Assembly (NCBI GenBank): GCA_041648575.1
Contig: JBAZOT010000006.1
Coordinates: forward strand, 11,893-75,892
Origin: Patescibacteria group bacterium
GTDB taxonomy: Bacteria > Patescibacteriota > Patescibacteriia > Veblenbacterales > UBA10138
DNA length: 64,000 nucleotides
Direction of reading: 5' to 3'
Below the pieces are notes generated by a model, which was not told the origin of the DNA, did no database searches, and saw only the letters and a program-made list of their open reading frames with translations. Positions 47,020 through 55,548 of the stretch are shown piece after piece. Numbering within the stretch: position 1 is the stretch's first letter; each line of letters begins with the position of its first letter. A program made the position numbers and the translations under genes.

Positions 47020-48309
47020 TTATGGTCTTAATCTATTTAATAATCTTGGGAAAGGGATGGTTTCACGAACATGAGCTAGTCCGCAGATCCATGCTACCAC
47101 ACGTTCCAAGCCAACACCAAAACCCGAATGCGGCACGCTGCCATATTTTCTTAAATCCAAATACCACTGAAATGGCTCTATGGGTAATTTGTGTTCTTTC
47201 ATGCGTTTTAGCAACTCATCATAATCATCTTCACGCTGGCTACCACCAATAATTTCGCCATAACCTTCGGGCGCTAATAAATCAGCGTTTAAAACGCGCG
47301 TAGGATCTTTAGGATCGCGCTTCATATAAAAAGCTTTAACTTCGCTTGGATATTTTTCCACAAAAATTGGTTTGTCGTACATTTTAGTTAAAATAGTTTC
47401 ATCATCTGCGCCTAAATCATCATTATCTTTAATATCACTCCCCTGCTCGCGTAATTTCTTAATAGCTTCAGTATGAGTAATTCTATAAAACGGCGGTTTG
47501 ATATTTTGCAAAGGTTTAAGATCACGCTCTAAAATTTCCAGCTCTTTTTTATTATCAGTCAAAACTTTGTTAACTATAAAACTGATTAAATTTTCCTGAA
47601 TAATTAAATTTTCTTCGTGCTCCACAAAAGCCGCTTCGGCATCCATCATCCAAAATTCCGTTAAATGCCTGCGAGTCTTGGATTTTTCTGCACGAAAAGT
47701 AGGACCAAAATCAAACACCCGTCCAAATGAAGCAATAGCTGCTTCTAAATAAAGCTGGCCTGATTGGGTAAGGTAAGCTGGTTCGTCAAAATAATCAATC
47801 TTGAAAAGTGTGGTAGTGCCTTCGCAAGAAGTGGGTGTTAAAATCGGCGAATCAATTTTAATAAAACCTTCACTATTTAAATGTTCATAAATTGCATTGA
47901 TAATAGTATTGCGGACGCGTTGAATTGCCCATTGTTTAGGCGACCTAAGCCACAAATGGCGATGATCCAACAAAAAATCAGGCCCGTGCTCTTTTTTACC
48001 AATAGGATATTCCCCGGCTTTTTGTACTAAAGTCAGACTTTTGGCTTGCAATTCGTATTCATCTTTTTTAGGATGTTTAGAAATTACTCCGGAAACTATG
48101 ATAGATGATTCTAAAGTTATACTTTGGGCTATTTGCCAGGATTTTTTATCTACTTCTTGCTCACTGACCACCACCTGCACCCAACCTTGGCCGTCACGCA
48201 ACTCAATAAAGTAAATTTTACCAGAGGAGCGGACATTGCTAGCCCAACCGCGTAAAGCCACTTCCTGCCCTGTAAAATCCTTTAAATTATCAGTAAAAAT
48301 ATATTTCAT
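47020..48309 (-). CDS. asnS: Asparaginyl-tRNA synthetase
   Basis: Class IIb aaRS: N-terminal OB (VALRGWASNVRSSGKIYFIELRDG), motif 2 FGPTFRAEKSKTRRHLTEFWMMDAE, motif 3 GSVPHSGFGVGLERVV. 429 aa. Confidence 0.9.
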   Translation of the reverse strand: MKYIFTDNLKDFTGQEVALRGWASNVRSSGKIYFIELRDGQGWVQVVVSEQEVDKKSWQIAQSITLESSIIVSGVISKHPKKDEYELQAKSLTLVQKAGEYPIGKKEHGPDFLLDHRHLWLRSPKQWAIQRVRNTIINAIYEHLNSEGFIKIDSPILTPTSCEGTTTLFKIDYFDEPAYLTQSGQLYLEAAIASFGRVFDFGPTFRAEKSKTRRHLTEFWMMDAEAAFVEHEENLIIQENLISFIVNKVLTDNKKELEILERDLKPLQNIKPPFYRITHTEAIKKLREQGSDIKDNDDLGADDETILTKMYDKPIFVEKYPSEVKAFYMKRDPKDPTRVLNADLLAPEGYGEIIGGSQREDDYDELLKRMKEHKLPIEPFQWYLDLRKYGSVPHSGFGVGLERVVAWICGLAHVRETIPFPRLLNRLRP

Positions 48310-48428
48310 GGTGAATATAATTTACCATTTTTTAACTGTTTTGGCAAAATAAAAAAACCTTCCACTAATCAGTTAATTATAAAACTATTAGTACTAAAGT
48401 GCTAACGGTCAAACGATAAAAGTAATAG

Positions 48429-49853
48429 CTATTTTACCTCCTGCCATGACAACAGTTCATATTGGTCGCTGGTTAAAGGAAAGCTGGGCGGCGGTCCATA
48501 CAACAAGTTGGTGTCATAATTAATGTTACGTGTCTGATAACCAGTGCCGTCAGTATAAGCAAAACCATAACGCTGGTTGGTGGCAATCATCCCGTTCAAA
48601 GTAATGACTTGCCTGACATAATAAGACCCGCAATTTGATGCGTAGTAGTAACGGCCCACCCGGCCGTTCTTAGCCACTAAAGCACCATCAATCTGTAAAT
48701 TATCTTCGCTACGCAAACCCACATTAATATTCTTTTGAGCTAACAACGCTAGGGTTTCTTGGCCATCATAAGTAGTATAAAGTATGTCGTCATTAACTGT
48801 AATACTGGTATTGGTAGTGGGGTTTTCCGGAAAACGAGCAGAAGTAATGGTTAATCTAGCAGTCTGCAAATTGCCAGACACCCAGACATTATCTTCCACG
48901 AAAATTAAACCATTGGCTGGCAAAGGGTTGTTGCTTTGCCAAGTCTCACTTCTAATACTCCAAGTACCCCAGCCGTCTTGGCTGGATGAACAGCCGCCAG
49001 CGGGACTGTATAATTGGGTAACAAGATATAAATCAAAAGTATCGCTAGTTTGTAGAACAATATGGTAACCTAAACTGCCTGAGTTGGTAAGATAAATACC
49101 ACTACTTTGGGCGTCAGTTTTAATCTGAGCTAAATCAGCTGATAGTCCAGGAAAATCTACTGCTGGCATGGGAAATTGACGGCCAGCCGCAAACACATCA
49201 GGGCGACTGGGTACAGCCGCTGGCGGCAAAGGGTCAACCAGGGAAACGTGCGTATGCACACCAAATTCGTTAGCGCCCGTATGGTCAGGGTCATTATAAT
49301 TTTCTTTAGCGCTGGTAATTAAATTATGGATTAAACCGTCAAAACGAATGCCACCATTAGAATGTACTGGCCCAAAGACTTCCGTACCCGAACCAAAACG
49401 CATATCAGCATTAGCGACCACCGCATATTTAGCCAATGAGGGAACTGCCATCTTTACCCTAATAACTCGTTTATGTTCTAAATAGGCAATAGTGGAGCCG
49501 GTGGAGGTAATGGTTACTAAAGTGGTGCCAACTGGCGGCGGAACGATCTCCAAACTGAATTGCCCAATCACATTGCCGTCTTTATCATAAAATGGATGCG
49601 CATAAGGACCTGGCTGGCCAGTACCGTCCTGATAATCTTGGGGGCTATGCGCTAAATGCCAACGATAATAATTAACTCCAGCTTCCGCAATTTGAAAAGC
49701 CAGCTCGCTGGCATGTTTATAACGCACCAATTTTAGATTAGCAATTGACCAATTAGCCAAACCGCTAATTAACAAAGCGCCAATGGCACCAAAAACCAAA
49801 GTTAGTATTAAAATTGCTCCTTGAGGACGATAGTTAATAGCGTTCCGCTTCAT
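48429..49853 (-). CDS. Pilus-associated protein with N-terminal TM (PilX-like/minor pilin-like), large beta-rich body
   Basis: N-terminal GAILILTLVFGAIGALLISGLA hydrophobic segment, T/S/G/N-rich body. Overlaps the next pilin-like gene by 4 bp. Confidence 0.4.
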   Translation of the reverse strand: MKRNAINYRPQGAILILTLVFGAIGALLISGLANWSIANLKLVRYKHASELAFQIAEAGVNYYRWHLAHSPQDYQDGTGQPGPYAHPFYDKDGNVIGQFSLEIVPPPVGTTLVTITSTGSTIAYLEHKRVIRVKMAVPSLAKYAVVANADMRFGSGTEVFGPVHSNGGIRFDGLIHNLITSAKENYNDPDHTGANEFGVHTHVSLVDPLPPAAVPSRPDVFAAGRQFPMPAVDFPGLSADLAQIKTDAQSSGIYLTNSGSLGYHIVLQTSDTFDLYLVTQLYSPAGGCSSSQDGWGTWSIRSETWQSNNPLPANGLIFVEDNVWVSGNLQTARLTITSARFPENPTTNTSITVNDDILYTTYDGQETLALLAQKNINVGLRSEDNLQIDGALVAKNGRVGRYYYASNCGSYYVRQVITLNGMIATNQRYGFAYTDGTGYQTRNINYDTNLLYGPPPSFPLTSDQYELLSWQEVK

Positions 49854-50473
49854 AAATTATCTTTTAAATTTCGCAAATTAGCCTTAGTTGTTAAAATGAA
49901 GGCCGCTGGAGGTAAATTAAGATAACGATCCACTTCTAACTTAATTTGCACCAATCTGACGGCACTTATGTTCACGGGAAAAGTTAAAGGGTTACCGGTG
50001 CCTTGGTAGTTCTGATCAAAATAACTAAAAATGTCAGCGTTACGAACATAAGCCACAGCATCGCTGATCTGCTCATTAACCGGATTATAAGTTAAAGGAT
50101 TGCCGCTGGGTTTAAGCACTGCCCGCTTTAAAGTGGTACCAGCTAAAAAATACCTTAAACGTTCTACTAAGCTATCACTGTCAATATTACTATAAAAAGT
50201 AAGGGAGGTAGCTTGGGCTTCAGCTAAAGAATAAGCGCCAACACTGGAAATAGCAGCAGTGCGTAATTCATTAACCAATCCCGATACCGTTCGTTTGGTA
50301 TCTTGCGCCTGAATTAAAGAGGTTGACATCTCTCGATTGCTCTTGAAAACATCGGTGGTAAAATTGCCCACGGCTATTATTAACAAAGAAAAAATGGATA
50401 TGGTAATAACTAGTTCCAAAAGATTGAAACCTAGGGCAGAAAAAATAGAATTTTTATTGGTAAAACTAACCAT
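49850..50473 (-). CDS. Type IV prepilin-like protein (minor pilin/pseudopilin)
   Basis: Class III signal: ...SALGFNLLELVITISIFSLLIIAVG (G|F-x-x-x-E). Confidence 0.55.
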   Translation of the reverse strand: MVSFTNKNSIFSALGFNLLELVITISIFSLLIIAVGNFTTDVFKSNREMSTSLIQAQDTKRTVSGLVNELRTAAISSVGAYSLAEAQATSLTFYSNIDSDSLVERLRYFLAGTTLKRAVLKPSGNPLTYNPVNEQISDAVAYVRNADIFSYFDQNYQGTGNPLTFPVNISAVRLVQIKLEVDRYLNLPPAAFILTTKANLRNLKDNL

Positions 50474-50476
50474 AGT

Positions 50477-52285
50477 TTATTCGGGTAACAACCGAACTTC
50501 CCAAGATACCCAATTAGGTGTTAAATCAACCTGAGCAGTAGCTATTTCATAACCAGCTAAAGAAATTTCCAGGTCGTAAACCGCACTAGACAAACCTGTA
50601 AAATAAGCTTGTCCGGGCGGAACACAGCCAGAAACAAAAGTAACAGCTAATTCAGATAAATTAGGCGTATAGCCATCATCATCAGTAGTAAGTGATACTT
50701 TATAACGCAAATAACGGTCGTTACTATGTACTGAACTGACTGGTTGACCGCTGGTAGTATAATAAGTACCTGCCGTGCCATCAGGACCAACAAAATTCCA
50801 AATGATATTATCATTATTAGTCGCTAATTGAAATTTTATCGGCGTGGCCCCAGTTTCTGATGGCTGGTCGCCCGGTTGCCACTCAATAGTAGTAAAATTA
50901 CTAACAGCTCCTGTATCAAAAGTTGAGGAGATTAATTCGCCGTTAATCTCGTAAGTATTGCCGTGCTTTGCTAATTTTAATTCACCCACCGGGTTACTGG
51001 TTTCTATATTACCATCATCACTAAAATATTTGCTATCATCAATAAAATCTTCCTGACCACTACCGCCTTGCCAAGTGGTCTGCCGCAAATAACCACGTCC
51101 GGTAAGTTTAATCTCATCAAAGCCGGGTTTGGTCACATGTACACTGGCGCCGCTTAAGGGTAATTGGGTAGCGGTGTCGCGTACTATAACATGCAAGCTG
51201 TGGGGATTGGCATTCTGTACCACCAGTGTTAAATCCTGACTAGAATCAGGTGCTAAATTAAGCGGCAGTAAAGGAATGGTGCCCAGTAAGTCATAGGTAT
51301 CACCCAAAAGGGAGGCATAATAAGAATCCCAATCCAAATTACTAACCGTAAGATTGCCAACAGCATTGGTAATTAAATCTTGGTCATACTTTAAAACATC
51401 AGGCTCGGTACCAATCAGCTTGCTGCCTTTAAGATTAAAATCAACATAACCAACACCCACACAGGTTAAACTAAGAGAAGTTACTTCCAACTGACTAAGC
51501 CGGTCAATGGTCAAGGTTACTTGAGTTACTTGCCCACTTACTACAGTGGCATCGGGTTGGTTGGGGTTGGGGTTACTAGGATCTTGAGGTGGATAAGTTT
51601 GGTCTTGGGTATAACCAGTTTTAATAGCCACTATATGATAGCTTTCAACGGCTGGCGGCACATCTACCAATTGCAGCATACCGTCATTGTTAGAGGTGTC
51701 ATCAATTGTCAATGCTGGTATTAAAATATTATTTTCCACATGAATATTAGCTCCCGGCACTGGCTGGCCATTAGCATTAACCACCTGAATAAATAAAGCG
51801 CCATTATTACCAGTAGTTTCCAAAAACTTAGGTGTTACTTGAGTAGAGAGTTGCTGTGTGACAAGATAAGAATAAGTGGGACAGCTTACCTCCACAACCA
51901 CCAACTTATAATCAGCCGGTGCAGTATCATTAGGCGTGCCGCCAATAACCCCATCAAAAGGGTCGTCAATATTACGTATCACATAGCGCACTTGCCAATC
52001 TATATCACCACGACTGATAGTTTGCAACGCCGGCAAAACCCCAACTGGTAAACCTCCCTGAATACCAACTTGGTCATAAGGCAAGTTGCGAGCTATTTCC
52101 AGATACTCACTGCTAATGGCTGTAGCTTGCGCGCGCATGCGGGAATTTAGACTAATTTTAAATAATTGAAGGAAAGCGCTATAAATAGCAATAGCGATAA
52201 CGGCAAAAATCACTATACCTACCAACACTTCCATTAAAGTAAAGCCTCTTATTAACATTTTTCTTTGTAGAAATTTACCTGGCAT
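50477..52285 (-). CDS. Large type IV prepilin-like protein (pilin N-terminus + ~570 aa beta-rich adhesin-like body)
   Basis: MLIRGFTLMEVLVGIVIFAVIAIAIYSAF (G|FTLxE prepilin signature). Confidence 0.55.
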   Translation of the reverse strand: MPGKFLQRKMLIRGFTLMEVLVGIVIFAVIAIAIYSAFLQLFKISLNSRMRAQATAISSEYLEIARNLPYDQVGIQGGLPVGVLPALQTISRGDIDWQVRYVIRNIDDPFDGVIGGTPNDTAPADYKLVVVEVSCPTYSYLVTQQLSTQVTPKFLETTGNNGALFIQVVNANGQPVPGANIHVENNILIPALTIDDTSNNDGMLQLVDVPPAVESYHIVAIKTGYTQDQTYPPQDPSNPNPNQPDATVVSGQVTQVTLTIDRLSQLEVTSLSLTCVGVGYVDFNLKGSKLIGTEPDVLKYDQDLITNAVGNLTVSNLDWDSYYASLLGDTYDLLGTIPLLPLNLAPDSSQDLTLVVQNANPHSLHVIVRDTATQLPLSGASVHVTKPGFDEIKLTGRGYLRQTTWQGGSGQEDFIDDSKYFSDDGNIETSNPVGELKLAKHGNTYEINGELISSTFDTGAVSNFTTIEWQPGDQPSETGATPIKFQLATNNDNIIWNFVGPDGTAGTYYTTSGQPVSSVHSNDRYLRYKVSLTTDDDGYTPNLSELAVTFVSGCVPPGQAYFTGLSSAVYDLEISLAGYEIATAQVDLTPNWVSWEVRLLPE

Positions 52286-52368
52286 AGCCTCTATCTCTAA
52301 TAATTAGTATAACATAATAAAGGGCTGCTCTTAATAGAGCAGTTCTATAACTAAACTGATAATAATTC

Positions 52369-53229
52369 TTAATCTATTTCGTACCGCAAATTAACAGTGA
52401 CTACAATCTCCTGCGATCCAGCTTCAATTGCTGGAGCAACAACGTCATCACCCATACCTTTAGCCTCTAATCCCCCACCCATACCATAACTATAATAAGG
52501 CGTAGGCACACCACCCTCTTCAATAGACAAAAGATCACCAAGTTTAAACCCACCGGCTTTAGCCACTTCTCGGGCTTTGGCTTTGGCTTTTTGAATTGCT
52601 TCGGCTCGTGCTTGATTTTCTAAAGCTGTAGGATCGTCCACTGTAAAACGCAAATCAGATACTTGATTAGCTCCATTTTGCACTACTCCCGACATTAAAT
52701 CACCAACTTTGGCAAAATCGCGAACTTTTACCAAAACCGTTTGAGAAACAGTGTAACCAGTAATCTCGGGTGGCGGACAAACGCCATCTTGGCGACAGTT
52801 AAAATAGCGGTAACGGGGTTGGAGATTATACTGCTGGGTTTTAATATCTTTAGCTTCGATGCTATTGGATTTTACATACTCAATCGCTTTATTCATTTTA
52901 TCAGTGTTCTGCTGCTGCAAATTACCAATCTGCGGCCCGCCATCGGTAATCACGCTAAAACTGAATTCGGCAATATCTGGTACCGCCATCACTTTGCCTT
53001 CGGCAGTAACACCAAAACTGCGGAAAGATGACGGCTCGGTGGTTTCAGCATAAGACGATACATAAACCACAGTCGAATAAGCCAAGATCAACAGCACCAA
53101 AATAATCACCCAACCTAAGTACGTTTTAAGTTTATCATTCATAAATTTATGACAGTTAATAATTAGCCTAATAATTATATCATAAAAAAATATATTAGTT
53201 GAATCTACATTAGCCTTGACAAAATCCAA
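52369..53229 (-). CDS. SIMPL/DUF541-family secreted protein
   Basis: N-terminal TM, ...ENQARAEAIQKAKAKAREVAKAGGFKLGDLLSIEE (SIMPL core). Confidence 0.65.
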   Translation of the reverse strand: MDFVKANVDSTNIFFYDIIIRLIINCHKFMNDKLKTYLGWVIILVLLILAYSTVVYVSSYAETTEPSSFRSFGVTAEGKVMAVPDIAEFSFSVITDGGPQIGNLQQQNTDKMNKAIEYVKSNSIEAKDIKTQQYNLQPRYRYFNCRQDGVCPPPEITGYTVSQTVLVKVRDFAKVGDLMSGVVQNGANQVSDLRFTVDDPTALENQARAEAIQKAKAKAREVAKAGGFKLGDLLSIEEGGVPTPYYSYGMGGGLEAKGMGDDVVAPAIEAGSQEIVVTVNLRYEID

Positions 53230-53400
53230 TCAAACTATTAAGCTGTAATGTTCTTTAACATTCCAATACCTTCCAATAGTTGCTGATTTACCAAGTCGTT
53301 AACTATTGGAAGGGGGTACTCAAAAAATAAGTACCTAAGCCCCAGGGAGTTAGTCGCCCTGGTGCCGACTCTTCCCGTTTATTATTAATGCTAAAAACTT

Positions 53401-53562
53401 ATGTTTAAAGCATTTTCGGGAGCCTTGGCACTAGCTCTAACTTTATTGGTGCTTAATTGGTTCCTTCCTGAATTGGTGAAAGCAGTGGTCGAGGTAGTGC
53501 TTAAAATCCTCCACCTGGTAAGCAACATTATCGACTCGCTGCCTGATACACCAGTTCAATAA
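53401..53562 (+). CDS. 53-aa small membrane protein (below the ORF-track length cut-off)
   Basis: MFKAFSGALALALTLLVLNWFLPELVKAVVEVVLKILHLVSNIIDSLPDTPVQ. Followed by hairpin GAAGCCTACAAGACAAATCTTGTGGGCTTC+TTTCTATT (terminator at about 53571-53608). Preceded by a 13-bp-stem hairpin at about 53268-53312. Confidence 0.3.
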   Translation: MFKAFSGALALALTLLVLNWFLPELVKAVVEVVLKILHLVSNIIDSLPDTPVQ

Positions 53563-53685
53563 CGAAATTGAAGCCTACAAGACAAATCTTGTGGGCTTCT
53601 TTCTATTATTAATAATAAGAAATCATGCTTGACTTAAATAATTTTATCTACTAAATTTAAATCACTTATTATTAATTATAACTTT

Positions 53686-53892
53686 ATGGCTAAAGAACTA
53701 GAGTTTGATCCAACAATGGGATCGTTTGAAGACCATCTTAAAGTGTTGGAACAAAGAATTAGTAGTGTTGAAGCTGAACTTGAAGCGGCAAAAACAAATA
53801 ATAATGCGGAATTAATAACAGAAGCTGAAGAAAGATTAGTAAAATTAAACGAGGAAAAGGAAAATTTTATAAAACAAAATCAGGCTGCATAA
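53686..53892 (+). CDS. Small coiled-coil protein (68 aa)
   Basis: E/A/L/K-rich heptads, own promoter-like AT-rich upstream. Confidence 0.3.
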   Translation: MAKELEFDPTMGSFEDHLKVLEQRISSVEAELEAAKTNNNAELITEAEERLVKLNEEKENFIKQNQAA

Positions 53893-53984
53893 TAAGGCCA
53901 AACAGCTTAATTAGCTTTTTTTATTAGCGCACTATAACACACGCCTAACTTTTTGATAAAAAAATTGCTCTCTACCTATCTCCC

Positions 53985-54176
53985 GAGCTCTGGGGGTGGA
54001 CTCGAACCCTGAACCAGATGTCGCTTCGCTCTATCGGTACAGGGCAAAGCCAGCAACATTCCTGCCTATGCCAAGCAGATGTATTAATACCGTACAAATC
54101 CTCTCGGGGGAGGATTCGAACCTCCAACATCCCTGCCTGCGGCAGACAGGTGCATTAACCCATCTACCTCGACAAG
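53985..54176 (-). pseudogene. Two tandem tRNA-Asn 3'-end-like fragments (att-like scars). The middle one has a perfect T-arm and acceptor 3' strand but no matching 5' acceptor strand.
   Basis: Plus-strand CTCTGGGGGTGGACTCGAACCC (53987-) and CTCTCGGGGGAGGATTCGAACCTCC (54091-) versus the tRNA-Asn 3' end CTCTGGGGGCTGGGATCGAACC (54177-). Confidence 0.45.
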
Positions 54177-54249
54177 CTCTGGGGGCTGGGATCGAACCAG
54201 CGACCTCTCCGTTAACAGCGGAGCGTTCTACCAATTGAACTACCCCAGA
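54177..54249 (-). tRNA. tRNA-Asn (anticodon GTT), no encoded CCA
   Basis: Acceptor TCTGGGG/CCCCAGA, D GTTC/GAAC, anticodon stem CTCCG/CGGAG, loop CTGTTAA, T-arm GCTGG-TTCGATC-CCAGC. Confidence 0.8.
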
Positions 54250-54313
54250 GCTCGAGAGATAGATTTGTATTTTTCTCACGATCGTTATAAAAATACAAAT
54301 GGATTATTAATCA

Positions 54314-54346
54314 AAAAAACCGGTCGCTTTATGGGACCGGTTTTTA
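54314..54346 (-). terminator. Hairpin terminator (bidirectional-looking) downstream of the 54499-54906 gene
   Basis: AAAAAAACCGGTCGCTTTATGGGACCGGTTTTT. Confidence 0.55.
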
Positions 54347-54498
54347 AATATGTAAAAATACCAGTCCCTAGTGCCGGTTATTATTGTTCTGTAGAGAAAC
54401 TTTTATCATACAATTTAATTGTAGCGCTGATTTAGATTTTTGTCAAATAAAAAACCTGACGAGTTTTTGCCAGGCTTATTTACAAACTTCATTTTTTA

Positions 54499-54906
54499 TC
54501 AATCAATAATAAGTGCTTCTGTAACAATATATTCTAAGTCACTAAACTCCCAACCACCGCGATCATTGTTGCGTTTTATTTTTTTTAATGATAAACGCTG
54601 TATTATATCCTGTTTACAGTAATCGCCCATTCCCGGCGGACAGATAACAATAATTGGAAATTGAGTATCAACTTTTCTGACTGCTTCTAAAAATTTTAAA
54701 TCGTCTGAACCTAATGGAAACAATCTATTGGCCTCGTATATAAAAAATTTATAGCCCTTACCTAATATTGGATATATCGCATATGGCTCATCCCCTTTCC
54801 TTTCTTCCGCTGGTTCACAACCTAAATTATACAAACATTTTTTCAATTCATGCAAAAAATGTGGTTCACTGTCAAACCCAAAAATGGCGACCTTGTATTG
54901 ATTCAT
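54499..54906 (-). CDS. Hypothetical protein
   Basis: 135-aa ORF. No motif recognised (not a canonical receiver domain). Confidence 0.35.
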   Translation of the reverse strand: MNQYKVAIFGFDSEPHFLHELKKCLYNLGCEPAEERKGDEPYAIYPILGKGYKFFIYEANRLFPLGSDDLKFLEAVRKVDTQFPIIVICPPGMGDYCKQDIIQRLSLKKIKRNNDRGGWEFSDLEYIVTEALIID

Positions 54907-55004
54907 GATTCCCTCACTGATTTATTGGTTGATAAATAATTTAAAGAACAAAATTATGGGTATACCTTATACCATATATAAATTAGTGTCAACAGATTCC
55001 AAAA

Positions 55005-55541
55005 TTAAATAGTAGGATTCTGGTTTTGAATTTTATACGTGAAATTCTTGCCTAATATTCGCTTGATCCACCAACCAACAATCAAAGCTACTAAAAAAAT
55101 TGCTGCACCAATAAAGCACGGGGTAATAAAAGGATTAGTTACTAATTGACCAGAACAACCAATAGTCGGTTCTCCATGGCTCAACCAAAATTTATACAAG
55201 GTATAACTAAAATTCCCCCAAGCAAATAAAGTGCTGGCTATTAACAGCCAGACCAAACGCTTCTGCTGTATTTTTTTCTTATCATCTAAAAATTTAATAA
55301 TATATAGCGACCAAATAAAACCAATCAAAAACGCGAACGCACCATAAAAACACGGCGTGGTAACTGGATTAGGGATGATACAATCCTGAACTTTAAACAA
55401 TGTCCCCTCTACTGCATAAAAACGAGCAAAATCAACATATACCGTATACCAGGCAAATATTGTTCCAATTAATAAAACAACTGACTGAAGCTGAAATAAT
55501 TTTTTCATATGTGATTCACTATAAATCGAAAAAAGGTTCAA
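55005..55541 (-). CDS. Membrane protein with internal duplication (NPVTTPCFYGAFAFLIGF / NPFITPCFIGAAIFLVAL)
   Basis: 178 aa, 4 TM helices, two homologous halves each with a conserved Cys. Confidence 0.4.
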   Translation of the reverse strand: MNLFSIYSESHMKKLFQLQSVVLLIGTIFAWYTVYVDFARFYAVEGTLFKVQDCIIPNPVTTPCFYGAFAFLIGFIWSLYIIKFLDDKKKIQQKRLVWLLIASTLFAWGNFSYTLYKFWLSHGEPTIGCSGQLVTNPFITPCFIGAAIFLVALIVGWWIKRILGKNFTYKIQNQNPTI

Positions 55542-55548
55542 GTCAATG

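Noticed and set aside
54096-54176. Functional tRNA between the two Asn-like elements
   Set aside because: The T-arm (GGAGG-TTCGAAT-CCTCC) and 3' acceptor strand are perfect. But no complementary 5' acceptor strand or convincing anticodon arm (only a 4-bp CCTG/CAGG helix) could be found. It was called as a pseudo-tRNA/att scar instead.
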